Shown here: piece by piece, positions 10,852-21,780 of the stretch
How positions within the stretch are numbered: the first letter of the stretch is position 1
Layout of the letters: each line of letters opens with the position of its first letter
Origin: Methanotrichaceae archaeon
Lineage (GTDB): Archaea > Halobacteriota > Methanosarcinia > Methanotrichales > Methanotrichaceae
Direction of reading: 5' to 3'
Length of the DNA stretch: 64,000 bases
Assembly (NCBI GenBank): GCA_963748825.1
Contig: CAVVKN010000023.1
Coordinates: forward strand, 224,001-288,000
The notes under the pieces: model-generated
What the model was told of the DNA's origin: nothing
Databases searched by the model: none
Seen by the model: the letters and a program-made list of their open reading frames with translations, nothing else
Program-made: the position numbers and the translations under genes

Positions 10852-11073
10852 ATGGAAATCTGGCAGATAGTCGTGATCTGTATTCTCATGTTTCCCCTCT
10901 TTATGATCGCCAACTATATCATCGTCAAGAAGGCGGCATCGGAGCGAAGGAGTCGCGACGATAGGATCGAGCGGGCAGTCTCCGACAGCGTGGCGGCCAG
11001 CTACGCAGACAAGGGGCTGGCCCGGCAGAGCTGGCCCAAGTACAAGGCGGAGAGGAAGAAGAGAAAGGAGTGA
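10852..11073 (+). CDS. Small single-TM hypothetical protein
   Basis: Hydrophobic N-terminal helix, charged tail, TTTTATA box upstream. Confidence 0.65.
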   Translation: MEIWQIVVICILMFPLFMIANYIIVKKAASERRSRDDRIERAVSDSVAASYADKGLARQSWPKYKAERKKRKE

Positions 11074-11590
11074 GATTTTTATTCAACTCTAAAATTTGGT
11101 CCCTCTTTTAGCGATCCATATATTCCCTGCCACGAACATCCTTTCTACTCGAAGAAACAGCAGCCGCCCATGAGCTCGTGCGCGTGTGCGTGGCCGCGCG
11201 GGTCCGGGCGGGTGCGGTTGGGCACATCCCCCCAACATGTGGACTCCGGGGCTGGTATGCCCGAGATTGGCAGAGAATGGGAGCGAGAGAGGAAAAGATG
11301 CAAAACATTTTTTTAAAATTTTTTAAAAAAAATACGCATCTGATTTTTTGTATCCTAATTGAGAACCGATCTTCCAAAAGATACTAACAGAAAAAATTAA
11401 ATAAGATATCCTTATTCAAGATACGTACCAAAGATAAGAATTGAGTTCAGGACCCCCAACGTGCCGATAAAATCTGACTCAGAACGCTCCAATCCAAGTG
11501 TGCATAAATGCATTGATGGTAAAATATATAATATATCAAAAATATATGAGGAAAATAAAACCATAAGAATCACATCATGTTTTACTGAAC

Positions 11591-14500
11591 TTGTTTATAT
11601 TGTTTTATATTATTTTCTTGCCTGCCGCTGCCTCGTCCTTGAGCATCTCTGCCCCCCCAGAGGTAGATGTCTCTGGTGAAGGTGCTTATGAAATGAATTT
11701 CATTTGCAGCGATGATGCTCGCAGCTTGTCTGCACTGCTCCAGATTCCTGCGGGATTCAGCTATACAGGAAATGCAAAGATCGTTTTGAACGGCATGCAA
11801 TCATCATGTGAGCCTTACCAGAGCGGTCAGTCTCTACAGTGGGACCTTTCCAGTGCGCTAAAATCCTGCAGACACATCATAATAAACGAATGGGAGCAAA
11901 ATCCAGAAGGCACAGACACGGCGCAAAGGAATGGATTGAGCTCTACAATCCAACTTCCCAGGCAGTCAATATCGGTGGATGGAAACTCATCGATAGCTAC
12001 TATGGGAAGTCTGTTTCCATTCCCCTGGGCACAGTTATCGTGCCTGATGGCTATCAACTTCTCACCTGGACCAATGGCTCTTTGATCAACTCCCAAACAA
12101 CCTACATTTCACTCTTGGATTCTGCGGGACGAGTGGTGGACTGCACATCAGGAGGCCAAAGATGAAGCGAATGACTAATTTCTGCTGGGCGCGCAATCCC
12201 AATGGCAAAGATCTGGACAGCGATCTGGATTGGAAATTTCAGGCGGCAACTCCAGGAAGTTCTAATGGCGGAAGCTCTGCCGATATTTATGCAGGTGAGT
12301 CTCTGCGTTTGCAGTTCAATCTCACAGCCGGCTGCAGCGCACCCAGCCAGGCGCAGTTATCGGCGGAGATACTCTCCTCGGCAGGCAAAATTTCAGCTCC
12401 AGCTCTTCCCTTAAACATCAACAGGGCAAACTTGAGCCTTTCCGCCTCGCCGGATCGATTCGATATCGCCAAGGGCGATGAGATCGCCTGGACCATTCTG
12501 CTGGAAAACGACGGCGATGGAACTGCCTACGGCGTCATTGTCAATGTCACATTGGATCAGGGCTTGCAGCTTGTAGACATAGATTCACCGAAAAAAGCAC
12601 TGAATTGGAGCTATGCATCCCTTGCACCAGGCCAGACGGAGCAGATCATCCTCAAGGCCAGAGTGGTAGAAACCCAGGGCAGCTACTCCAGCACCTTTCA
12701 AGCCCGTTGGGGCTCTGGTCCCTGCCAGGAGATCGACCAGCTATCAAAGCTAGGGGCGAGAACCGCCCTTAGAAAGCAGCCCGACCAGCCACGCGGCCTG
12801 GCCGTGGGCGAAACCTTCGGCTTTGAAATCTCTGCCGACCTGCCCAAAGGAGCCCGCGACCTGTGGATCAACGACAGCATTCCCCAGGGGCAGATCTACA
12901 AAGGAAGCAGCCTGTCCGTGCAGGGCCCGGGCTTGCAGCGCGAGCTGGTAGCCGCAAATTCCGACGGCTCCCAGCAGATCTGCTGGTTCTTTGGAGACGT
13001 CGGTCCCGCTCAGACGATCGAGATCCTTTACAACTGCCTCCTGACAAACGTGCCCGAGAACCAGGATGGCACGATCCTGGGAGGGACAACATCTTCCATG
13101 ATCTGGATGGATGGCCTGACCCGCAAGACCGACGCCGACGAGGCAGGGGCTCTGACTGTGATCGAGCCCGAGCTGGTGCTGGAGATGCAATCCATCCGGC
13201 CCTTTGCTGCCCCGGACGAAAGAGGCTCCTTCACCCTGGCCCTCTACCACTCCGCCCAGAGCCATGCACCTGCGTTTGACGTGGATCTGCAGGCCCTCCT
13301 GCCCGCGGGAATGACCTACGAGCCGGGCTCGGCAGTGCTCCTGGCAGGACCCGCCGCCGCTTTTGATGCGGAAAGCCTCAGGTGGCACTTTGACGCCATC
13401 GACCTGGACTGGAACGCTGGCAAAAAGGCGCTCTTCCGCTTCAATGCAACCACCCATGCCGCGCCAGGCGATCAGATCGATGGACGCGCCCTCGTTACCT
13501 GGACCAGCCTCCCCGGCGAGAGCGCAGAGGAGCGCACGGGCGCAGGAGGATGCAACGACTACCTGCGAGAAGCCTCGGCTCGAGTGGGTGTCATGAACCT
13601 AACCTTGACCAAGACCGCAGACCCAGATCCAGTCCAGGTGGGCGAGCTTCTCACCTACACCCTCACCTACGAGAACCAGGGGACCGGCGTGGCCCACAAC
13701 GTCAACATCACCGACGAACTGGACCGGAGAGTTACCCTCATCACCGCCAATCCGGCCCCATTCAGCAACAACACCCAGAGCATTACCTGGACCATACCGC
13801 CTCTTGAGCAGGACGGCCCGCATGCCATTGCCCTGCAGGTGCGTGTAAAGGAGGATCTGCCTGACAAAGCCCTGCTGCAAAATCGCTTCACCATCAATTG
13901 CAGTGAGCTGGAGCCGAAATCGAGCAGCATCTACACACAGGTCCAGAATGGAACACGTCTATCCGTCAACAAGACGGCGCTACAAAAGGCGGTGCGCCGG
14001 GGCGAGGAGGTGAGCTACATCATAAAGGTCTGCAACATCGGTGGGCAGCCTGCTACTAACGTCACCGTACGCGATGTCTTTGAGTCCTCCGTAGAACTCA
14101 TCTCAGCCTGGCCGGAGATGGCTGAGGACGGTGTCTGGCGGTTCGAGAGCCTGGGCGTCGGACAATGCATAGAGATGGGCCTGACTGTCCGAGTTCCCAG
14201 AACAGACGTCCTGTACCAGAGCCAGCAGAATGTCACGGGCCAGGGCTTCGTCCGATCCTACCGGGGCTACAGCACCTCGCGGCTGCCCGCTCTTCTCAAT
14301 AACCGCGTCTACGTATCCTCAGACCAAATGCAGCTCTCTGCATCGGCGCAGGTGAAAATCCTGGCCGAGAAGGGGACGGAGCTATCCCTGCGCGAGCACG
14401 GCAGCGGGGATTACATAAGCCAGGAAGATCTGCGCTTTTTCACCACCAACAAATCCATCAGGCTGGAGAGAAGCGTGAGGGCGATCTATCATCCCGCGAC

Positions 14501-15843
14501 AATTTCTCTGCCCGGAAACAGCTCGCAGAAAGTCTCCTGCCTCTGGCACGAGGAGCTGCGGGCCAAGAACGGCATCACCAACACTTCCTTTGAAGAATCG
14601 TATCGATATTCCTCCAGCCTGAACAGCGAGAGCCTCCTTGATCTGGATGAAAACCAGTCGAAGATGCATATAAAGTCCGATTTCCAGGGATTGGCCCACC
14701 TGGGAACGCTGAAGCTGCCAGCGCCGGGGCGCGAAGGAGATATCTTTTCTGTAGAGGACTATGCAGGCAGCTTTCAGGTCTCGGAGAGCATCCACGATCT
14801 GGGCCAGGGCCTGATGGTGGGCCGCTCCGTCTCCGGCCGTGGCTATGTGGCCAAAGACGCGCTGGCCCAGGGGCAGAGGAGCTATGAGTCGGGAACGGGG
14901 GCCTATCGGTCTGTTGAGCAGAGGGACACATTTTCCGGTTTTATGGCCAAGGATCTGGATGCATCTCACAACAGCATAAGCCACAAAGTCACGCCTCGCA
15001 CATTTCTGAACATATCTCAAAAGTGGTCGGAGGGAATGCGGTCGCGCACCTCTACCAGCCTCATCGCCGAGGAGTACTCCAGTGCCACTCGGCTGAAGAA
15101 GAAAGCGACTGCGGCGAGTCCCAGGGAGCTGGTGAGCGAGGCCAACTTTTCCGGTACAGCGAAGCTGCGCACCACTGTGGGCAAGAACGGAACCCTTGCG
15201 GTGGACCGGGATGAGACGCTCATGGGCGACTACGAAGTAAAGCGAAGGATCATGCTCTCCAGCGCCGCCAAATACGACCAGCCGCACCTTTATCTTCGCA
15301 AAGACGGAAAGCAAGTCAAGGACGTGGCCGCGTATACTATCACCATCACCAATGACGGCAACGCCGCCATTGGGCCGCTCTTTCTGCAAGACCTCTTCCC
15401 GCCCGGGGCCAGGTTCCTCAACGCCACCCTGCGGCCCAACCAGATCGACGAGAACAGCTCCAACTGGACACTGCTGCATCTTTCCATCGGCGATACATTA
15501 AGAATCGGGATCAACTTGAATGTGGAAAAATGCGAGGGCGATATCATCAACCGGGCTTTCGTCATGGGCAACTGCAGCTTCGGGCAGGTGGCCGCGCAAA
15601 ACCAGTCGGTCATCTTCCGGGAGTACCTGGGATGCTGCCCATCGGAAGAGCGGCCCACACGAGCAGAGGCTGACGCTCCAGGAATAAGCTGCGCCTGCTG
15701 GGAGACAGGAGAGCGCCAACGAGACCGACTATTTGGACTCGACGCAGATGAAAATGCAGTGGGATAATGCGGACGAAGAGGATGGGGCCTGCCCCTTGAG
15801 CTGCCCGTCGCTTGAGGATGCTCATGCCCCCGTGCATAGCTGA
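11591..15843 (+). CDS. Large secreted surface protein with a lamin-tail-like domain and multiple DUF11 repeats, frameshifts near 11920, 12160 and 15710
   Basis: Signal peptide; IIINEWEQNP/EWIELYNP LTD signature; repeated LTKTADPDPV..GE.LTYT...N.G...A.NV.ITD.L units. Confidence 0.8.
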
Positions 15844-15919
15844 AATTATCCTCTAATTCGATAGGAAGTTAGAAGTAGATGCAAGATACAATTATAATCA
15901 TCAATGAGGTGAAATTCAT

Positions 15920-16153
15920 ATGGAACCCAGGATCCTGAAGATCGGTGAGAAGGTAACCGGCAGATACAGGGACATGGAGATGGGCAAGAGCAAGAAATTC
16001 TTCCGCGTCAAACTGGACAATGAGGAGTTTTATCTGCCCAAAGATGTGGGCAATTCCCTGCTTGTGAGCCACCAGAAGGGCTACGATAGATTCACAATCC
16101 AGCGCCAGTTGGATGTCTATGAAATCCATCCCCACCTGCTGGATACTGACTAG
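15920..16153 (+). CDS. Small hypothetical protein
   Basis: GAGGTGA RBS; 77-aa ORF with normal codon style. Confidence 0.7.
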   Translation: MEPRILKIGEKVTGRYRDMEMGKSKKFFRVKLDNEEFYLPKDVGNSLLVSHQKGYDRFTIQRQLDVYEIHPHLLDTD

Positions 16154-16180
16154 ATCGAGTATCGAATTGGCAGATCTAAA

Positions 16181-16308
16181 GGTGTGCTTTCGCGCTCGAC
16201 CGTGCCGGAGGGCCCTCCCCAGCAGTTGGGCGATACGAGAACGATCGCTAAACTTACTGGGAAGTAGAATCTGAGGGGAGGCTTAAGTACGCTCAAGCTG
16301 CCCACCCC
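16181..16308 (-). ncRNA. Candidate structured small RNA (~128 nt)
   Basis: GC-rich island in AT-rich DNA with several stems whose G-U pairs work on the minus strand. Confidence 0.4.
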
Positions 16309-16688
16309 GTTATTTTCTTCTATTTTCTATTTTCTTCAAAGATGAAACATATTTGAAATATGTTAAATGTTTTTATTAACTCACGTATTTTTATCAGAGC
16401 ATGAGGGGCAGGCATTGTCCCGAATCCTTTTTTGCGTATTAGACCGTTCCGCCAGCAGAATCAAGAGCAAACTGGCCATACAAAGCACCGAAAAGACGGC
16501 TAAAATCAGCTTCATGCTCTGCAGAAATGCCGGGTCAAGGCTGATACCATGAACGGAGCTAGGAAGGAGCCGCCTGCAGAAATCATCAGAATATTTCGTT
16601 TGGCTGGAGATGAAGCCATATGTGGCATTTCACCGATTGCGAACCTAGCCGAGTGGATTGCCCTTTGGGGGGCAATTCGAAATCCTCT

Positions 16689-17213
16689 TTAGTCAATGAG
16701 CAGATTCTCCTGCATATCAGATGCCAGAGCAAGTAAGCTAACATACTGCATCATGGTTTCGCGGACTTCGTTCATGGCCTTATTGAACTCCCCATATCTG
16801 GCCCACTTTTTCTCATGTTCCTGAGGGGAATCGGATCCCTTCTTGCTCCGTTCATACTCCGCAAGCAGAGGATGCCATTTCATCATGAACGGCCTCAATA
16901 TTAAATCTAGGACTTTAATGGATAGATATGCAAAGGACAACTGTCCTTCGACTCTAGGACGTGCAACAGAGGGACCATACTTTCGCAAGATTTCCCTTGT
17001 TGCATCGAAGATCTTGTAAAGAGATGATAGACTGATCCTCAGCAAGCCCATCTCTGGTTTCACATAGGCCACAGGAATACGGGTCACTATCTCGACGTAC
17101 ATGTCCCAGGCTGCCATCCGCTCATTTTCTGTCGGGTCCCAGATTCCCTCGATAATTTTCGTTAGCCCATCGTGAGAATAAGATATTGATACATTGTAAG
17201 CCGATTCAATCAT
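16689..17213 (-). CDS. Conserved hypothetical protein
   Basis: 174-aa ORF; ER.AAW..YVE..TR...GLLR..LSSLY..F...REILR..GP pattern resembles bacterial hypothetical proteins. Confidence 0.7.
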   Translation of the reverse strand: MIESAYNVSISYSHDGLTKIIEGIWDPTENERMAAWDMYVEIVTRIPVAYVKPEMGLLRISLSSLYKIFDATREILRKYGPSVARPRVEGQLSFAYLSIKVLDLILRPFMMKWHPLLAEYERSKKGSDSPQEHEKKWARYGEFNKAMNEVRETMMQYVSLLALASDMQENLLID

Positions 17214-17479
17214 TTTAATGCATCCGCTATAACATCTGCAATTTTGGTAAATTAACTTTATCCCGGAAATTTGAGATTATATAATCAGATCTGCTGGCCT
17301 GCGGATTGCAATAAATTCGGGAACTTGAGGACGTGGATTTAAGAGAGCTTGCCATCCGTCGCAGGTTGAGCAGAATGAACTATTCGCGAAGAGTTGCAGA
17401 AGCATCGACTGTAAAAGGCATATCAGAAATGCGGCTTGCCCCTCAAGAATCTCTCTAGATGTCTTATCGGATAAGAAAG

Positions 17480-17564
17480 CGCCGAGGGTGGGATTCGAAC
17501 CCACGATCTCCGGAGGAGAACAGGTTTAGCAAACCTGCGCCTTACCAGGCTAGGCAACCTCGAC
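17480..17564 (-). tRNA. tRNA-Ser(GCT)
   Basis: Anticodon arm CAGGT-TTGCTAA-ACCTG, long variable arm, GGTTCGAATCC T-arm, G discriminator. Confidence 0.95.
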
Positions 17565-17648
17565 TTACCTCAGGGACTTGACCTTTGGGCTATTTAAATT
17601 CTGCGTTTGCCGCCCCGGCAAAAGTATCGAATTCCTTTTCCAGCAGCA

Positions 17649-18029
17649 TCACGTTACGCACACCAGCAGGTCCTTGCTGGTGATTATCCCTACCAGTGCC
17701 CCTTCCGTCATCACCGGAAGCCTTCTGATGTTGTGCTCTCGCATCAGCCTCGCCGCCTCCCGGGTGGAGGCATCAAGGTCAATGGTGACAAGCGGCCCAG
17801 GCGTCATGATCTCCGCGACCGCCACCGCCGCCGGGTCCCGGCCCTCCGCAAATACCTTGAGGAAGATCTGGCTGGTGGTAACGATCCCTAAGCCCTCCTT
17901 GAGAAGGCCGTCCCTGGCCACCAGCACGCAACCCTTCTTCTCAGCCACCATCCTTTTTATGGCCTCCAACACCGTGGCCTCCGGGCTCACAGTTGCAATG
18001 GGATAGCTCATCAGATCTCGAACCTTCAT
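17649..18029 (-). CDS. CBS-domain pair protein
   Basis: MKVRDLMS..IATV; HNIRRLPV...LVGIIT..D. Confidence 0.9.
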   Translation of the reverse strand: MKVRDLMSYPIATVSPEATVLEAIKRMVAEKKGCVLVARDGLLKEGLGIVTTSQIFLKVFAEGRDPAAVAVAEIMTPGPLVTIDLDASTREAARLMREHNIRRLPVMTEGALVGIITSKDLLVCVT

Positions 18030-18196
18030 AGCCGCCACGATCCATTATAGACAGATCTTATAATTGCGATTATTAGCTGATAAATATGATCCATTTCCTG
18101 TGACGCTTTCTGAGAATAAAAATGAACCCATGTGCAAATGATTCCATTGCCCGGCCAAAAAAGGGCTCATCGAGGTATTGAGTGGGTAATAATAAA

Positions 18197-18391
18197 GTCC
18201 TCTGTGAGTCCTCCGTGCGCTCTGTGTCTCCGTGGTGGTGTTTCGTATTCGAAAACCATTTGGCTATAACCAGTGGCTAACAACGTTTCAACCACAGAGG
18301 CACAGAGTTCACAGAGTACGCACAGAGCGACTAACTAACAACTGGAAAACCATAGTAACCGAGGGTAGCCACGGGAAAATGGCGAAGAGCC
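18197..18391. repeat. REP/MITE-like palindromic repeat, copy C (most complete)
   Basis: CTCTGTG-rich left arm and CACAGAG-rich right arm; ends ATGGCGAAGAGCC. Confidence 0.8.
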
Positions 18392-18414
18392 AAAAAAAGG
18401 ACGGGAAGCACCTT

Positions 18415-20037
18415 TCAGAGCTCTCCCCATTGCAGCTCCAGCCCTACGGCCGGCTGCTCCAGCCCGAAGCTCTTCAAGACCTGTGGATGCAGCTCTCCGA
18501 AGCAGCCAATCTTCCGACCCCCGACCAGGATATCCCCGCCCCTGCCAGGCATAAGCGCTCCGTCCTGGGAAGGAGCGATCTCAGCCTTTATGGCCAGCTC
18601 CCGCAGCACGCCGTCGACCACCGACCGAATCTCCGAGAAATTCGCGCTGCTATGAATGGATGCCGCAGCCAAATGCATGCGGGTCTTCTTCTCCACCACC
18701 ACGTCCCCGGCGGCAAATATCCTCTGGGGCAGAGGATGGTGCTGGTTCATGGCGAAGATCTCCAGAAGGCTGGAGAGAAGCGAGGTGCGCAGGATTGTGT
18801 GCAGCTCGCTGATGGGGTGCAGCACGGCAACCGCGCCGGCGCCCTCAGGCGAGCGCCTCATCCACAGGAAATGCACCTTCTCATTGGTCAGGGTGAAGGG
18901 CATGGTCTCCAAATAACCGAGGCCTGCCATTACCTCGCGAATCTCCGCCTTACGAACCTCAGAAGGATGAGCCCGGCCTACAGTCACCGTCTGGGGAAGC
19001 TTGGCATCCAGCCGGTCAAAACCGTAGGCTTTGGCCGCGTCCTCGAAGATGTCCCAGGAGTGCATTATGTCCGCCCGGTAGGCTGGAACCAACACCCTCA
19101 CCTCGCTGCCATTCGCGATTGCACCAAAGCGCATCCTCTCCAGACACTCCGCCAGCTCCAGGGCCGTCAGATCAAAGCCTATGAGCCGGTTGGCCTCCTC
19201 TGCTCTCACCGTCCAGGCAGAAGGCTGCAGATTAGGAGAGACGAAATCGCCCTCGCTCCTCTTGACCAGAACGCTCTCTATCCTGCCGCCCCTCTCCGCC
19301 AGGGAGGTTACTACTATGTTCAGGGCTTTGTGCACCATGCCGTCCATTCCCGTGACGTCGATGAACAGATCCTCTGTCTCTTCCGTGACGCTGGTCAGCT
19401 CGCCATTGATGATGGGCGGGAAGGAAAGCACCTGATTTTTGGAATCCACGATGAGCGGATAGCGCGGGCAACCTTGCAGGATATGGCCGTAACCCTTGCC
19501 CTTGGGGTGCTTTTGCAGGATCTCCTGCATGCTCATCTCCTCAGCAAAGTCCAGGGGCACGAACTTTCGGGCCGGATCCTCCCCGAAGTAGCGGAAGGGC
19601 GGCGTGACGCGAGATAGGTCATGCACGCCGATGGCCACCTTGCGCCTGTTTCTGCCTAATCCCCAGTGCAGATCCTCTTGCAGGCCCATGAGCGACTCAA
19701 TGGCCTCGCTGGTGAACGATAGGCCCCGCACTACGGCGCAGCCGATGATGGGGCGCACCGATTTTACCGACTCCTCTACCTGCAGGACGATCGGCCCTTC
19801 CTCGATTGGATACTCCACCAGCCCCGTCTTGATGCCGAGGAATCCCTGCATGGCCCTGGCCACGCCCTCAGCACTGTAGAGATCGGGCCGATCCGGGAAG
19901 AACTCCACATCCACGTGCTCCTCCTCCGCCCTCTTTCCAATGTCTGCACCCATCATGGCCAGCCTGCTCATGATGGTATCGCGAGAGGCTCCAATCAGCC
20001 TCTCCATGTCCTCATAATAAAGTCTAACAACCGGCAT
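18415..20037 (-). CDS. pheT: Phenylalanyl-tRNA synthetase beta subunit
   Basis: MPVV start; PDRPDLYSAEGVARA and PAYRADIMHSWDIFED motifs. Confidence 0.95.
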   Translation of the reverse strand: MPVVRLYYEDMERLIGASRDTIMSRLAMMGADIGKRAEEEHVDVEFFPDRPDLYSAEGVARAMQGFLGIKTGLVEYPIEEGPIVLQVEESVKSVRPIIGCAVVRGLSFTSEAIESLMGLQEDLHWGLGRNRRKVAIGVHDLSRVTPPFRYFGEDPARKFVPLDFAEEMSMQEILQKHPKGKGYGHILQGCPRYPLIVDSKNQVLSFPPIINGELTSVTEETEDLFIDVTGMDGMVHKALNIVVTSLAERGGRIESVLVKRSEGDFVSPNLQPSAWTVRAEEANRLIGFDLTALELAECLERMRFGAIANGSEVRVLVPAYRADIMHSWDIFEDAAKAYGFDRLDAKLPQTVTVGRAHPSEVRKAEIREVMAGLGYLETMPFTLTNEKVHFLWMRRSPEGAGAVAVLHPISELHTILRTSLLSSLLEIFAMNQHHPLPQRIFAAGDVVVEKKTRMHLAAASIHSSANFSEIRSVVDGVLRELAIKAEIAPSQDGALMPGRGGDILVGGRKIGCFGELHPQVLKSFGLEQPAVGLELQWGEL

Positions 20038-20047
20038 GATCAATCCC

Positions 20048-21533
20048 TCAAAGCTTGATGGAAACAGGCGTTTCACGCAGCCACTGCACATCCGACTGAT
20101 AGAGCAGCCGCAGGTCCTTGAGCCCCAGTTTAAGCATGGCCACCCGTGAGACTCCCAGGCCCCAGGCCAGCACGGGATGCTCAATGCCGAAGGGCGCCGT
20201 GACCTCTTTTCGGAAGACTCCGGCACCACCCAGCTCCACCCATCCCAGTCCGTCTATGAAGACCTCCGGCTCGACAGAGGGCTCCGTGTAGGGGAAGTAG
20301 CCCGGCCGGAAGCGGACCTCCTCAAAGCCCATCTTGGCATAAAACTCCTTCAAGATGCCCAGAAGATGAGAGAAAGTCACGTCCCTGTCCATTACGATGC
20401 CTTCCAATTGCTCGAACTCCGGGGTGTGCGTGGCGTCTATGGCCTCACGACGGTAGACGCGATCTATGCCGAAGGCCTTGACCGGCGGCTCGGGGTGGTC
20501 GGCCAGATACTTGATAGTCACTCCCGTGGTGTGCGTGCGCAGCACCTCCTGGCGGGCCACCTCCGGCTTCCAGCATCCGCCCCAGCCTGTGCTCTCGGCT
20601 CCCCGGCCGCATTCATGCATCTCTTTGACGCGGGTAAAGTCGGGAATATCCGCCAGGCTGTCCAGATAGAAGGTGTCCTGCATCTCCCGAGCGGGATGGT
20701 CCTGAGGCTGGAAGAGCGCATCGAAGTTCCAGAAGCTGGACTGCACTATCTGGCCCTTGATCTCCACAAAGCCCATCTCCAGCATGATCTCCCGCATGAA
20801 ATCGATGAGCCTCTGGTAGGGGTGCTTCTTGCCGGGGAAGATCCGATCGGCTGCGAGGGTGACGTCGTAAGGACGGGCGCGATAGTACGAGCCCCTATAA
20901 TCCAAATATAAGACCCCGTCCTTTTCCATCCACTGGCCGGTCTTAATCATATCGGATGTAAGGGGCGGCATCTCCTGAGCCGCGGTCTCGTCCATTCCGC
21001 CAGACGCGCATTTTTCCCCTTCCTCTGTGATCTCATACCGCCACTCTTTGCTCTTGCTGGAAGCTAACCAGCCCCCGTCTCTTAAGATCGGCCAGGCCCT
21101 TTTTGTCCAGATCTGCGCTGCTCTTGGGTCCAGCCAGCAGTTTTTCCAGTATCTCCTCATCCAAGCCCCTCGGGGCAGAGCCCAGCGGCTTGATCTCGCC
21201 TGCCTGAATGGTCGCCCAGCCCTTCTTGCTCAGCCACCCAAGACCAATCTTATGGGCCGGATCCTTCAGCTCGGACATAGGCTTGCCTGAGCCCAGTGAC
21301 ATGAGCAGATTTCTCTCCGGAAGGCCCTCTTGGGCGTACTTTCTGCCTTCTTCTGTCAGTGAGAATGATCTCTTCTACTGATTTGTCACCTTGACGAGGC
21401 CCTGCTCGCCCAAAGCATCCGCTGAGGCTCGCACCGCCTCTACTTTCATCCCCAGCTTTTCGGCAATGCTCTGAGGATCTGAGTCTCCTTCAGATATCGC
21501 TTTCAGAACTTTGACATCATTTTCTGATAACAT
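20048..21533 (-). CDS. pheS: Phenylalanyl-tRNA synthetase alpha subunit, with an in-frame TAG at 21375-21377 and a frameshift near 21060
   Basis: [10 protein letters not shown] start; LTEEG..YA.EGLPER; [15 protein letters not shown] and YFPYTEPS motifs. Confidence 0.92.
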
Positions 21534-21780
21534 ATTATCATCCCATAGCCGAGCTGAATTCAGGGCAACGCTATTCTTGCCCTGCCGCCCTCCCATCAAA
21601 AGAAAGAAAAGACCAGGTGCCCGAAGATGCCTGAAGCTAGCCTCTTCGGCTTTAAAAGCCTGATTTGGTGATTGACAAATGAACATTTAGCAGTCTTTCC
21701 AGGCACGTTTTTTTCGGTTAGATTTATGATTTATAAACCTGTCGAATAACAGAAAAATAAAGAGGAAAAAGAGAATGTAG

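Noticed and set aside
14382-15479. 365-aa minus strand ORF
   Set aside because: Antisense to the GC-rich DUF11 gene
16181-16308. 5S rRNA or hammerhead ribozyme
   Set aside because: Size fits 5S but the CCGAAC loop is absent; no CUGANGA...GAAA core
18232-19617. 461-aa + strand ORF
   Set aside because: Antisense shadow of pheT that starts inside a repeat; no recognisable motifs
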